Part shown: one piece after another, positions 1 to 8,643 of the stretch | Layout of the letters: each line of letters begins with the position of its first letter | Position numbering within the stretch: the stretch's first letter is position 1 | Assembly (NCBI GenBank): GCA_040905065.1 | Contig: JBBDSD010000338.1 | Location: 1 to 24,278, forward strand | Direction: 5' to 3' | DNA: 24,278 bases | Origin: Trueperaceae bacterium | Lineage (GTDB): Bacteria; Deinococcota; Deinococci; Deinococcales; Trueperaceae | Made by a program: the position numbers and the translations under genes | Notes under the pieces: model-generated | Seen by the model: the letters and a program-made list of their open reading frames with translations, nothing else | Told to the model about the DNA's origin: nothing | Database searches by the model: none

Positions 1-59
1 CCCCCCGCGCCGTGGACCCGGGACGACCTCCAGGGCCCGCCCCCGCGGACCGCTGCGGC

Positions 60-875
60 TCAGGCCGCCTGCAGCACCGACTGGAACATCCGCAGCGAGG
101 TGGCCAACAGGAACGCCGCGAACGCGAACCGCAGCGCCCGTTCGGGGATGCGGTGCGCCAGGCGCGCCCCGATCGGCGCGAAGAAGCCGGTGATCGGCGC
201 GAGCACCACGAACCCCAGCAGGTTCACGAAGCCGACGCTGCCGACCGGCAGGTTCGCCGCACCCCAGCCCGCCGCCATCAGGCCGAGGGTGGCCGGAACG
301 GCGATCATCAGCCCGACCGCCGCGCCGGTGCCGACCGCTCGGTGCATCGGGTAGTTCGACAGCTTCAACGTGGGCACCGTCAGGGTGCCGCCTCCGATGC
401 CCATCACGCTGGAGATGCCTCCGATGGCGGTGGCGACGATCCAACGCACCGGTCCGGTCGGCAGACCGTCGGCAATGCGCGTGCCTTCCGGCGTGAAGGT
501 CATGTACGCGGCCACCGCCAGCGCGACCACGGCGAACACCACCTGCATGGCGCCTTGCGGCGCGTAGCGGGCGACCAACGCCCCGATCACGACCCCCACG
601 ACGATCCACGGGATCCAACTGCGCAGGATGCCGGTGTCGACCGCGCCCTTGGCGTGATGCGCCCGCGCCGAGCGGATGGCGGTCACAATGATCGTCGAGA
701 GCGAGGTCCCGACGGCGAGCGGCATGCGGACCGCCGGATCGACCCCCAGCACGCCGAACAGCGTGTACAGCGCCGGCACCACGACGATGCCGCCGCCGAT
801 GCCGAGCAGACCGGCCAGCAGCCCAGCGGCGACGCCGGCGGCCGCGAGACCGAGGATCAGAACGACGATGGACAC
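60..875 (-). CDS. TSUP family transporter (sulfite exporter TauE/SafE)
   Basis: 271-aa multi-TM protein with two repeats of the GxGGG motif (GLLGIGGGIVVVP; SVMGIGGGTLTVP); GTG start preceded by an AAAGGA SD. Confidence 0.9.
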   Translation of the reverse strand: MSIVVLILGLAAAGVAAGLLAGLLGIGGGIVVVPALYTLFGVLGVDPAVRMPLAVGTSLSTIIVTAIRSARAHHAKGAVDTGILRSWIPWIVVGVVIGALVARYAPQGAMQVVFAVVALAVAAYMTFTPEGTRIADGLPTGPVRWIVATAIGGISSVMGIGGGTLTVPTLKLSNYPMHRAVGTGAAVGLMIAVPATLGLMAAGWGAANLPVGSVGFVNLLGFVVLAPITGFFAPIGARLAHRIPERALRFAFAAFLLATSLRMFQSVLQAA

Positions 876-1199
876 GGAAGTTCCTTTCGGGACCGAGGAC
901 GACGGGAGCGACGCCTTCTAAAGCGATGCGCTCGAGACGCGACGGACGGCACGAAGCGCCGGACCGCGTGCGAAGCCGGCGGCCAGCGTACCCCGAAGGC
1001 GCCTGCATCCCCGGTCGGCGAGGTCGTCCGAATCCGGCGCGCTACGGGGGGCGCGGCAAGGCGACGCGCGTTGGACGGCACGGAAACGACGCGCCGCGGG
1101 GGCGCGCCTTGGGGGTGCTCAGGATCGGGTGACAACGATGTGCCGGAACGAGCGTGCGGGCGGGCCGGGGTGCTCGAACGTTCGCGCGTCGGGCCACCC

Positions 1200-1447
1200 G
1201 TAGCCCCAAATAGTAATTCTACTACGAAGCGGTGCGATTCGCTGCATCGGATCGCACCGCAGCGTTGCCTCGGCCGTCGTAGGATTCCAGGTGAAAGGAG
1301 GTCGATATCGAGGAACTAGCGAATCCACACTCCTTGAACGGAGTCCTTCGATCCCACTAGAGGCTCGACCGCTCATCCCCACCGGCCCAGCACGGGCGCC
1401 CGACCAGGGAGGCGACGGAGCACCAAAAGGAGATCGAAGGATTTCGT
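1200..1447. ncRNA. Putative structured non-coding element, family unknown
   Basis: About 56% GC over 1201-1380 by hand count, well below the flanking genes; several complementary segments (1229-1240/1249-1260, 1274-1279/1413-1418, 1300-1305/1365-1370, 1329-1333/1340-1344, 1344-1353/1432-1441); no credible ORF. Confidence 0.3.
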
Positions 1448-1600
1448 TTGGGCCAGCGTGTCGATCGACGCCTCGAACGACCTCCTCCGCACCGAACCAA
1501 CCCGAGAACCGTAGCGAGAACCACGACGCGAACCGAAGCGTGGTCGGTCGCGCGGTCGGTCGCGCGGCACGACCCGCCGCGTCGGGTACGCTCCGGCACC

Positions 1601-2446
1601 GTGCCCGCTCACGACGCGTCCGAACCACCGCTGCGCTCCCTCGGCCTTCGCACCGAAGCGCTCTTCGTCGAGGAGGTCCGTCCGGTCGGCAGCGACGCCG
1701 TCCGCTTCGCCTGCCCGCGCGAGCCCACCTTCCGCTGGGGGAACCTGCTCATCGTGCGCTCCGCGCCGGGGCCGGACGACGTGCAGGCGTTGGAGGACCG
1801 GTTCGATGCGGCGTTCGACGATCTGCCCGCCGTCCGGCACCGCACCTTCACCTGGGACGATCCCCAGGGCCGCGAAGGCGCCATCGCCGCCTGGAGCGCC
1901 GCCGGATATCGGCCCGACCGCAACGCGGTCCGCGCCGCGCGTGCGGACGATCTCGCAGAACCGCCGCGCGCTCCGGACCGGTTCGGACTCCGTGCCGTCG
2001 TCGCCCATGACGACTGGCGAACCGTCACCGAACTCCCCGCCGCGGAGCCGGGCGAGGAGGAACCCGCCGCCTACCTCGCCTTCCGGCGGGGACGCGCCGC
2101 CTTCTATCGGCGCCTGGCTGGCGCTCCTGACGTGGCTGGCGGCTGGTTCCTGGCCACGATCGAGGGACGCCCGGCGGGCTGTCTGGGCCTCTACGTCCGG
2201 GCGGGGCTGGGGCGCTTTCAGCAGGTGTTCGTCGCGCCGGAGTTCCGCAGGCGCGGCGTGGCCTCGGCGATGGTGCACGCCGTCGCGCGCATCGGGTTCG
2301 CCTCGCTGGGGGCGGAGCGGTTGGTGATCATAGCGAACGAGGGCGAGCCGGCCGACGGCCTGTACGCGCGCCTGGGGTTCCGTCAGATCGAACGGTGGGT
2401 CGGCGTAAGCCTCGCCGATCGCGACGCGCGGCGCGGGCCCGCCTGA
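1601..2446 (+). CDS. GNAT family N-acetyltransferase
   Basis: C-terminal GNAT motif A (QVFVAPEFRRRGVASAMV) and ADGLYARLGF. Start placed at GTG 1601 because the ORF upstream of it is low-complexity and TACGCT (1587-1592) precedes it. Confidence 0.8.
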   Translation: MPAHDASEPPLRSLGLRTEALFVEEVRPVGSDAVRFACPREPTFRWGNLLIVRSAPGPDDVQALEDRFDAAFDDLPAVRHRTFTWDDPQGREGAIAAWSAAGYRPDRNAVRAARADDLAEPPRAPDRFGLRAVVAHDDWRTVTELPAAEPGEEEPAAYLAFRRGRAAFYRRLAGAPDVAGGWFLATIEGRPAGCLGLYVRAGLGRFQQVFVAPEFRRRGVASAMVHAVARIGFASLGAERLVIIANEGEPADGLYARLGFRQIERWVGVSLADRDARRGPA

Positions 2447-2484
2447 ACGTCCCCGCCCGAAGCGTCCGCCGTCGCGCAGGCGCT

Positions 2485-3519
2485 TCACGGCCAGGTGAGC
2501 GTCACCTTGCCGGAACGACCGGACCGCATCACGTCGAACCCCTCCTGGAACCGGTCGACGGGGAACTCGTGCGTCAGCACCGGGTCGAGGTCCAGGCCCG
2601 CCTGCAGCAGATTCGCCATCTTGTACCAGGTCTCGAACATCTGGCGACCGTAGATGCCGCGGATCTCGATCCCCTTGAAGATCACCCGGTTCCAATCGAT
2701 CGCGACCGGCTTCGGTGGGATGCCCAGCAGCGCGATCTTGCCGCCGTGGTTCAGGGTGTCCAGCGCTTGCTCGTAGGCGGGCGCTGCGCCCGACATCTCG
2801 AGCACCACGTCGAACCCTTCGGTCATGCCCAGTTCACTCATCACCTGACGCAGGTCGACGTCCGGATCGGACACGTCGACCACCCGGTCGCACGCTCCTG
2901 TGGCGCGCGCCAGCTCCAGCCGGTACGGGTTCAAGTCGGTGATCACCACGTAGCGCGCGCCCACGAAGCGCGCCACCAGCGCGCCCATGAGCCCGATCGG
3001 CCCGGCGCCGGTGATCAGCACGTCCTCGCCCACCAGGTCGAAGGTCAGGGCGGTGTGCACCGCGTTGCCGAACGGATCCAGCAGCGTCGCCCAGCGGTCG
3101 GGAATGTCGTCCGGGACGGCGAAAGCGTTGCCGGCCGGCAGCACGAACCGTTCGCGGAACGCGCCGGGCCGGTCCACGCCCACGCCTTCGGTGTTGCGGC
3201 ACAGGTGCCGGCGGCCGGCCCGGCAGTTGCGGCAGTGCCCGCAGGTGAGGTGCCCCTCGCCGCTGACGCGGTCGCCCGGCGCGAAGCCACGCACCTCGCT
3301 GCCGACCTCCTGCACCATGCCCACGTACTCGTGCCCGGTGATCATCGGTACCGGCACGGTGGCGCGGGCCCAGGCGTCCCACTCGTGGATGTGCACGTCG
3401 GTGCCGCAGATCGAGGTGCGCGTGATCTGGATCAGCAGGTCGTTCGGGCCGACGGTCGGCTCCGGCGCCTCGATCCGCCAGATGCCGGGCTCCGGCTTGG
3501 TCTTGGCGAGCGCCTTCAC
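2485..3519 (-). CDS. tdh: L-threonine 3-dehydrogenase
   Basis: [15 protein letters not shown], structural Zn CGHCRNC...C, GAGPIG Rossmann motif, [20 protein letters not shown]; directly downstream of kbl. Confidence 0.97.
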   Translation of the reverse strand: MKALAKTKPEPGIWRIEAPEPTVGPNDLLIQITRTSICGTDVHIHEWDAWARATVPVPMITGHEYVGMVQEVGSEVRGFAPGDRVSGEGHLTCGHCRNCRAGRRHLCRNTEGVGVDRPGAFRERFVLPAGNAFAVPDDIPDRWATLLDPFGNAVHTALTFDLVGEDVLITGAGPIGLMGALVARFVGARYVVITDLNPYRLELARATGACDRVVDVSDPDVDLRQVMSELGMTEGFDVVLEMSGAAPAYEQALDTLNHGGKIALLGIPPKPVAIDWNRVIFKGIEIRGIYGRQMFETWYKMANLLQAGLDLDPVLTHEFPVDRFQEGFDVMRSGRSGKVTLTWP

Positions 3520-3520
3520 C

Positions 3521-4714
3521 TCAGGCGCCGATCAGGTCCAGCTCGCGGCCCACGCGAGCGAACGCGTCGACCGCGCGGTCGATCTGTTCGGGCGTGTGCC
3601 GGGCCGAGAGTTGCGTGCGGATGCGGGCCTGGCCCTGCGGCACCACCGGGTAGGAGAACCCGATCACGTAGATGCCCTCTTCCAGGAGCCGGTCGGCCAT
3701 GCGGGACGCCAGGCCGGCGTCGTAGGTCATGACCGGCACGATCGGGTGGTCCGCGCCGGCCAGGTCGAAGCCGGCGGCGGTCATGCCGGCCCGGAACCGA
3801 GCGGCGTTGGCGTGCACCCGCTCGCGCAGCACGTCGCTGCCGTCCAGCAGGTCCAGCACCGCCAGCGACGCGGTCACGACCGGCGGGGCCACGCTGTTGC
3901 TGAACAGGTAGGGGCGGCTGCGTTGCCGCAGCCAAGCGACGATCTCGGGGCGGCCGCTAGTGAAGCCGCCGGTCGCGCCACCGAGCGCCTTGCCGAGGGT
4001 GCTGTTGATGACGTCCACGCGGCCCATCACGCCGCGGTGCTCGTGGCTGCCGCGGCCGCTGGGCCCCATGAAGCCGGTGGCGTGGCAGTCGTCGACCATC
4101 ACCAGCGCATCGTAGCGGTCGGCTAGGTCGCAGATCCCCTCCAGGTCGGCGACGATGCCGTCCATCGAGAACACGCCGTCGGTGACGATCAGACGGTGCC
4201 GGGCGTCCTGCGCCTCCTGCAGCTTCGCTTCGAGATCGAGCATGTCGTTGTTGGCGTAGCGGAACCGACGCGCCTTGCAGAGCCGGACGCCGTCGATGAT
4301 GCTGGCGTGGTTCAGGGCGTCGCTGATCACGGCGTCCTCGGGGCCCAGCAGCGCTTCGAACAGGCCGCCGTTGGCGTCGAAGCAGCTCGGATAGAGGATG
4401 GTGTCTTCGGTGCCGAGGAAGGCGGCGATGCGGCCTTCGAGCTCCTTGTGGACGTCCTGCGTGCCGCAGATGAAGCGCACCGAGGCGAGGCCGAAGCCGC
4501 GCTCGTCGATGCCGCGTTTGGCCGCCTCCTTCACGGCGTCGTGATCGGCCAGACCCAGGTAGTCGTTGGCGCAGAAGTTGACCACCTCCTGCCCGCCTTC
4601 GACGGTGATCGTGTCGCGCTGGCGCGACGCCAGGACCCGCTCGCTCTTGAACAGGCCCTGCTCCTTCAGGTCTTCCAGGTCGGTCCGCAACTGGGGAAGC
4701 AAGGCTCGGGACAT
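3521..4714 (-). CDS. kbl: Glycine C-acetyltransferase (2-amino-3-ketobutyrate CoA ligase)
   Basis: [46 protein letters not shown]-lysine [20 protein letters not shown]; ATG at 4714 gives 397 aa. Confidence 0.97.
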   Translation of the reverse strand: MSRALLPQLRTDLEDLKEQGLFKSERVLASRQRDTITVEGGQEVVNFCANDYLGLADHDAVKEAAKRGIDERGFGLASVRFICGTQDVHKELEGRIAAFLGTEDTILYPSCFDANGGLFEALLGPEDAVISDALNHASIIDGVRLCKARRFRYANNDMLDLEAKLQEAQDARHRLIVTDGVFSMDGIVADLEGICDLADRYDALVMVDDCHATGFMGPSGRGSHEHRGVMGRVDVINSTLGKALGGATGGFTSGRPEIVAWLRQRSRPYLFSNSVAPPVVTASLAVLDLLDGSDVLRERVHANAARFRAGMTAAGFDLAGADHPIVPVMTYDAGLASRMADRLLEEGIYVIGFSYPVVPQGQARIRTQLSARHTPEQIDRAVDAFARVGRELDLIGA

Positions 4715-4720
4715 GCCCGC

Positions 4721-4745
4721 AGGGTACCGTTCCACACGGTACCGT
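4721..4745. promoter_or_regulatory. Back-to-back leaderless -10 elements for divergent kbl and hpcH
   Basis: TACCCT 6 nt before the kbl ATG (minus strand) and TACCGT 5 nt before the aldolase ATG (plus strand); no SD in the 36-bp gap; perfect IR GGTACCGT-N5-ACGGTACC at 4723-4743. Confidence 0.65.
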
Positions 4746-4750
4746 GCCGC

Positions 4751-5509
4751 ATGACGACCGACTCGATTCGCGACGCCCTGCGCGCTGGGCGGCCCGTGGT
4801 GTCCGCCTGGTCCAGCATCCCCGATCCTTTGGTAGCGGAGGCCCTGGCCGCCGTCGGCTACGACGCCGTCACGCTGGACCTGCAGCACGGCGTCGGTTCC
4901 GACGCCGACCTGCTGTCGCTGCTGCAGGCGATCGACGCCCGCAATGTACCGTCGCTGGTCCGCATTCCTTGGAACGAACCGAAGACGGCGATGCGGGCGC
5001 TGGACCTGGGGGCGCACGGCGTGATCGCCCCGATGATCCGCCACGCTGGCGACGTGCGCGACCTGGTGGCCGCCTGCCGCTACGCGCCGGACGGGATCCG
5101 CAGCTTCGGGCCCACCCGCGCCAACCTGGCGTTCGGACCCGATTACGGCGCGCGCGCGAACGACCTGGTCACCGTCGCCGCCATGATCGAGACCCGCTCG
5201 GCGTTCGAGGCGTTGGACGAGGTCCTGGCCGTACCCGGCCTGGACATGGCGTTCGTGGGGCCCGCCGACCTGTCGCAAGCGCTGGGCGGCCGGCCGGGCG
5301 CCGACTTCGAGGACGGTCCGGTCGCCGACGCGCTGGACCGGATCGTGGAGCGCTGCCGCGCGCACGGCGTGGCGGCGGGGCTGTTCTGCCGCTCCCCGGA
5401 GTACGCGCGGGCCGCGCTCGTACGCGGCTTCGCCTTCGTGACGGCCGACAGCGACCTGGCGCATCTGCAGCGTGGTGCGTCGGCGGCGCTGCGCACGGTC
5501 CGTGGCTGA
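4751..5509 (+). CDS. HpcH/HpaI aldolase family protein
   Basis: [49 protein letters not shown]; ATG at 4751. Confidence 0.9.
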   Translation: MTTDSIRDALRAGRPVVSAWSSIPDPLVAEALAAVGYDAVTLDLQHGVGSDADLLSLLQAIDARNVPSLVRIPWNEPKTAMRALDLGAHGVIAPMIRHAGDVRDLVAACRYAPDGIRSFGPTRANLAFGPDYGARANDLVTVAAMIETRSAFEALDEVLAVPGLDMAFVGPADLSQALGGRPGADFEDGPVADALDRIVERCRAHGVAAGLFCRSPEYARAALVRGFAFVTADSDLAHLQRGASAALRTVRG

Positions 5510-5549
5510 CCCTGCCCGTGGCTGAACCGGCGCACGGCTGAACCGGCGC
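5502..5549 (+). repeat. Short imperfect tandem repeat (GGCTGAACCGGCGC unit, 16-17 nt period) between convergent genes
   Basis: GGCTGAACCGGCGC at 5520-5533 and 5536-5549; partial copy GTGGCTGACC at 5502-5511. Confidence 0.6.
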
Positions 5550-5573
5550 GCGGACCGCGCGCTGCGCCGGAGC

Positions 5574-6314
5574 TCAGTCGTCGCCGTCGCGTCCTTCCAC
5601 GTCGGCCTCCAACCGAGCCACCCGCGCCTCCAGGCGCGTGATGCGGTCGAGGAGCGCGGCGACCGGTGGGGCGAACGCAGCGTCGTTCGCCGTCGCAGCG
5701 GACTCGTTCGAAGGTCGCTCGGACGCACCGGTCCCAGGCGACGCGTGCTCGGGTGCCGCGTGCTCAGGGGCCCCGCCCGCCTCCCCGTCGCCGGTCCGTC
5801 GCGCCCGCGGCTGCAACCGTTCCTCGTCGCCCGCCAGCGTGTGCATCCAACGGTCCTGACTCTGCCCGGGGCGGCGGCCCACGTTGCGGGTCAGCGGCGT
5901 GCTCCGTTCGGCCAGGCGAGTCAGCACCGCTTCGACGCGCGCGACGTCGGGAATGGCGACGTACCGCTCACTGCGGGTGCGCAGCTCGGCGGCGGTCTGC
6001 GGTCCGCGCAGCAGCAACAGCGCCAAGAGCGACGCTTCGGTCGCGCTCAGGTCCAACCGTTCCTGCAGCCGTTGGCGGTGCTTCGGGACCCGTTCGCCGC
6101 TGCCGCGGACCGTGGCGGCCAGGCCGCGCTCGCGCAGGCGCACGACGGCGTCCTCCACGTCGCGCAGGTGCAGGCGCATCACCGGGTCGCGCGCGGTGTT
6201 CTGGTTGCAGGCGGCCAGCAGCGCCTGGCTGCTGAGCGGGTAGGCATCGGGGGTGGTCCGTTCCTTCTCGATCAACGATCCGAGCACCCGGATCTCGACG
6301 TCGCTGAGGGGCAT
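5574..6314 (-). CDS. yceH: YceH family protein (DUF480/UPF0502)
   Basis: [54 protein letters not shown]-terminal coiled coil; ATG 6314 preceded by TACCAT 5 nt upstream. Confidence 0.88.
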   Translation of the reverse strand: MPLSDVEIRVLGSLIEKERTTPDAYPLSSQALLAACNQNTARDPVMRLHLRDVEDAVVRLRERGLAATVRGSGERVPKHRQRLQERLDLSATEASLLALLLLRGPQTAAELRTRSERYVAIPDVARVEAVLTRLAERSTPLTRNVGRRPGQSQDRWMHTLAGDEERLQPRARRTGDGEAGGAPEHAAPEHASPGTGASERPSNESAATANDAAFAPPVAALLDRITRLEARVARLEADVEGRDGDD

Positions 6315-6569
6315 GCCGGATGGTACCCGGCCGCTTGTGGTGGTGGGGTCGGGGCCGGGTCGAGTGTCGTGCACTACAACCGTTGTCACACTCGCGCAAG
6401 CACGGAGGTCGACCTTGGCCCTGAACTGAACATCTCAGAACGATTGGGCGATCCATGTCATCGGAGTTCGCGTGGGTTCGCACTCTCCATGGGTGGCGTG
6501 TCGCATGTCGGTCCAGGCTGGTTGGGCGTCGACGACTTGAGGGTGGCGTGTTCGTCGCGTGTCCTGGAC

Positions 6570-7128
6570 GTGGGTTCAGGACGAGGTCCCGGTTTGTAAT
6601 CGGCTCTCGGCGGGCGGCGAGCTGGAGGAGGCGGTAGCACAAGTAGCCCTTGTCCTTGGCGTGTCGGCAATGGAAGCGGGAGGGGAACTTGTCGTCGTAG
6701 CGCTGGATGTGCGCCTCGCTGACCGCGCCCTGGTGCGTGCCGAGAAGCCAACGCTTCAGCAGGGAAGTCATGCGGTGCGTGCCAACCAGAACGTGCGTCG
6801 CGTCGAACGCGTCTCCTTGTTCCGACTTCAAGGCAGACTGGTCGAACCCTCCGTGCTCGTAGCCGTTCCTGACGAGAACCAAGTAACCGCGCCACCCGTC
6901 CGTGCGAACGCGGCTGCCCGGCTCGACCGTGCCGCGCAGCCGCCGTCGGCGCGCCTGAGCCGTAGCGCCTCGAACGCGCTGCAACATCGTTCAGGCCGTC
7001 TGGTACGACCTCCGTTCCAACTCGCGCTGAAGCGTGAGGACGGACACGCCAGCCGGGCTGGTCGCGAACCTCCGCGCCGCCGCAGGAGGCACACCAGAAC
7101 CCCCCTCCGGCCATCGCAGCCGCGCCAG
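6570..7128 (-). mobile_element. IS1595-family (ISSod11-like) transposase relic with internal deletions, a frameshift and a nonsense codon
   Basis: Collinear blocks LARLRWPEG/FWCASCG, GVSVLTLQRELERRSYQTA*TMLQRVR, VEPGSRVRTDGWRGY, SLLKRWLLGTHQGAVS, YRLLQLAARREPIT; TGA at 6991-6993. Confidence 0.85.
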
Positions 7129-7279
7129 CGTGGAGGACACGCTTCGTAGCGACGAAGGCGTATCCGACGCACAACTGCATCTTGACGCAGGTACGGCTCA
7201 CGTCGAAGGGTCTGCTGACACCGCCACGCTCGTCGCTGCGGTCGAAGCGGAAGGGGATACGGCCCGACCCCGTGGCTGA
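7110..7279 (+). pseudogene. copZ: 5'-truncated CopZ-type heavy-metal-associated (HMA) chaperone
   Basis: ASVEDTLRSDEGVSDAQLHLDAGTAHVEGSADTATLVAAVEAEGDTA matches the C-terminal part of an HMA domain; no CxxC or N-terminus; lies immediately upstream of csoR. Confidence 0.75.
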
Positions 7280-7286
7280 AAAGGCG

Positions 7287-7605
7287 ATGGAGGCGGCAGT
7301 TGCCCGCGAGGTAGCGCTCGCGCACGACGATTGCCTCCACCTGGACGCGGTGACCCGCCGGGCCTCCTCAGCGCGCCTTCGCAGCGCCAAGGGCCACCTC
7401 GAAGGTGTGCTGCGGATGTTGGACGACGAGGGCGTGACCTGCGTTGACGTGCTGAAACAGGTCAAAGCCGTGAACGGCGCACTGGCGAAGATCAGCGAGA
7501 ACGTGCTGCGCGCCCGCATCCGATCACGTCGCGACGGCCGCGCAGCGGGGCGACACGGAGCACGTCGTGGACGAGCTCATGGAGGCACTGCCGTACAGGA
7601 CCTGA
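7287..7605 (+). pseudogene. csoR: CsoR copper-sensing repressor, frameshifted
   Basis: LRSAKGHLEGVLRMLDDEGVTCVDVLKQVKAV; frameshift at ~7521 continues as DHVATAAQRGDTEHVVDELMEALPYRT*; the RAH histidine is replaced by R. Confidence 0.9.
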
Positions 7606-7846
7606 ACGTCGACCCGATCGAGCACGGTGACGCACTCCTCCCCGTGCATCTCCACCTCTGCCCGCCCGCCCTGAAGGAGAGGCGACATCGTCCGGTCCGT
7701 CTCCTGGATCCACTCCGGCCTACCGACCAGGTACTCGCTTCCCTCGACCACGCCGCACGGTGGGCGTGTGTCATGGCTTCACTCGTCCCCTCGTCGTCTT
7801 CCCCGTCGTGGGAGTGCTGGCGGTGATGGTCGTGGTGGTCGTACAC
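7606..7846 (-). pseudogene. Remnant of a P1B-type (CopB-like) metal ATPase: His-rich N-terminus fused to an N-domain fragment
   Basis: GTG 7846 with GAGAGG SD gives MYDHHDHHRQHSHD...THAH; after a 1-nt shift it reads VVEGSEYLVGRPEWIQE...EMHGEECVTVLD, resembling the 'VEG..YLVGRPEW' nucleotide-binding segment of CopB-type ATPases. Confidence 0.55.
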
Positions 7847-7863
7847 GTTCGCCTCTCGTAGGG

Positions 7864-7880
7864 CCACCCCAGGAGGGGTA
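7864..7880 (-). promoter_or_regulatory. Putative CsoR operator upstream of the copB remnant
   Basis: Minus strand ACCCCTCCTGGGGTGG is identical at 15 of 16 positions to the box upstream of copA (9810-9825). Confidence 0.65.
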
Positions 7881-7956
7881 GGATTCATGTATGCAGAGTC
7901 CAGGTCATGACGACGACGCTTTGCAAGAGCGTGCGGGCACGATCGCCGCGGCGGAC

Positions 7957-8643
7957 GTGGCGACCGTGAGCGAACGGGTTCTGATCGTCGAGGACGACCC
8001 CGACGTCATGCGGGTGGCTCGTTCGTACCTGGAGCGTGAGGGGTACGAGGTAGAGGAGGCGTCGGACGGTCTCTCCGGCCTGCACGCGGCTCTCGCGCAC
8101 CCGCCGCACCTGATCGTCCTCGACTGGATGCTTCCCCAGATGGACGGCATGACGGTCCTGAAGCGACTGCGGCGAGAGGCCCCCGTGCCCGTCATCGTCC
8201 TCACCGCGCGCACGGAAGAGGGCGACCGAATCGTCGGACTCGATGCGGGAGCCGACGACTACGTCACCAAACCGTTCAGCCCCCGCGAGCTCGTCGCGCG
8301 CGTTCGAGCAGTCCTGCGGCGCGTCGGCGGCGACGCGTCGCGCGACGGAGCGCTCGTCGCCCATGCGGGCCTCGAGCTGGACCGGGAGCGTCGCACCGTC
8401 CGGTACCACGACACCGACGTGCCGGTGACGACCCTCGAGTTCGACCTGCTCCACACGATGGCGCAGACTCCGGGGCGCGTGTTCACCCGAGGCGACCTCC
8501 TGGACCGCGTCTGGGGCGACGATTTCGCCGGCGTCGACCGCGTCGTCGACGTGCACGTCTCGAACCTACGGCAGAAGCTCGTGCGCGTAGGAGGGGAGGG
8601 CCTCGTGCGGACCGTCCGCGGCGTGGGGTACAAGGTCGAATGA
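7957..8643 (+). CDS. OmpR/PhoB-family response regulator
   Basis: VLIVEDD, LIVLDWMLP (phospho-Asp), LTAR, GADDYVTKPFSPREL, winged-helix VDVHVSNLRQKL, RTVRGVGYK; start uncertain (GTG 7957 or 7966). Confidence 0.95.
   Translation: MATVSERVLIVEDDPDVMRVARSYLEREGYEVEEASDGLSGLHAALAHPPHLIVLDWMLPQMDGMTVLKRLRREAPVPVIVLTARTEEGDRIVGLDAGADDYVTKPFSPRELVARVRAVLRRVGGDASRDGALVAHAGLELDRERRTVRYHDTDVPVTTLEFDLLHTMAQTPGRVFTRGDLLDRVWGDDFAGVDRVVDVHVSNLRQKLVRVGGEGLVRTVRGVGYKVE

Noticed and set aside
1207-1226. AAATAGTAATTCTACT resembles the Cas12a repeat core AATTTCTACT
   Set aside because: Single copy, no spacers, no cas genes; no CRISPR array anywhere in the window
1195-1300. Fragments resembling RNase P, SRP, FMN or TPP riboswitch motifs (CACCCGTAGC..CCAAATAG, GGTGAAAGG, CCCCACCGGC, GGGGTGCT)
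   Set aside because: Order is wrong and the essential conserved cores (GAGGAAAGTCC, CAGGTCCGGAAGG, CTGAGA) are missing
1291-1447. Type I toxin gene suggested by the sequestered SD motifs
   Set aside because: No start codon at SD distance and no small hydrophobic ORF on either strand
1448-1600. TTG 1448 as the GNAT start (AAGGA SD 6 nt upstream)
   Set aside because: Adds ~50 aa of repeat-derived sequence; a leaderless -10 before GTG 1601 is more parsimonious, but TTG 1448 is not fully excluded
5968-6570. 339-aa length of the IS1595 ORF
   Set aside because: Transposase similarity ends near 6570-6590; the rest is read-through overlapping yceH in another frame
7577-7888. 103-aa ORF starting at ATG 7888
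   Set aside because: Its first codons are the operator palindrome; the SD points to GTG 7846 and the plausible reading shifts frame at ~7755
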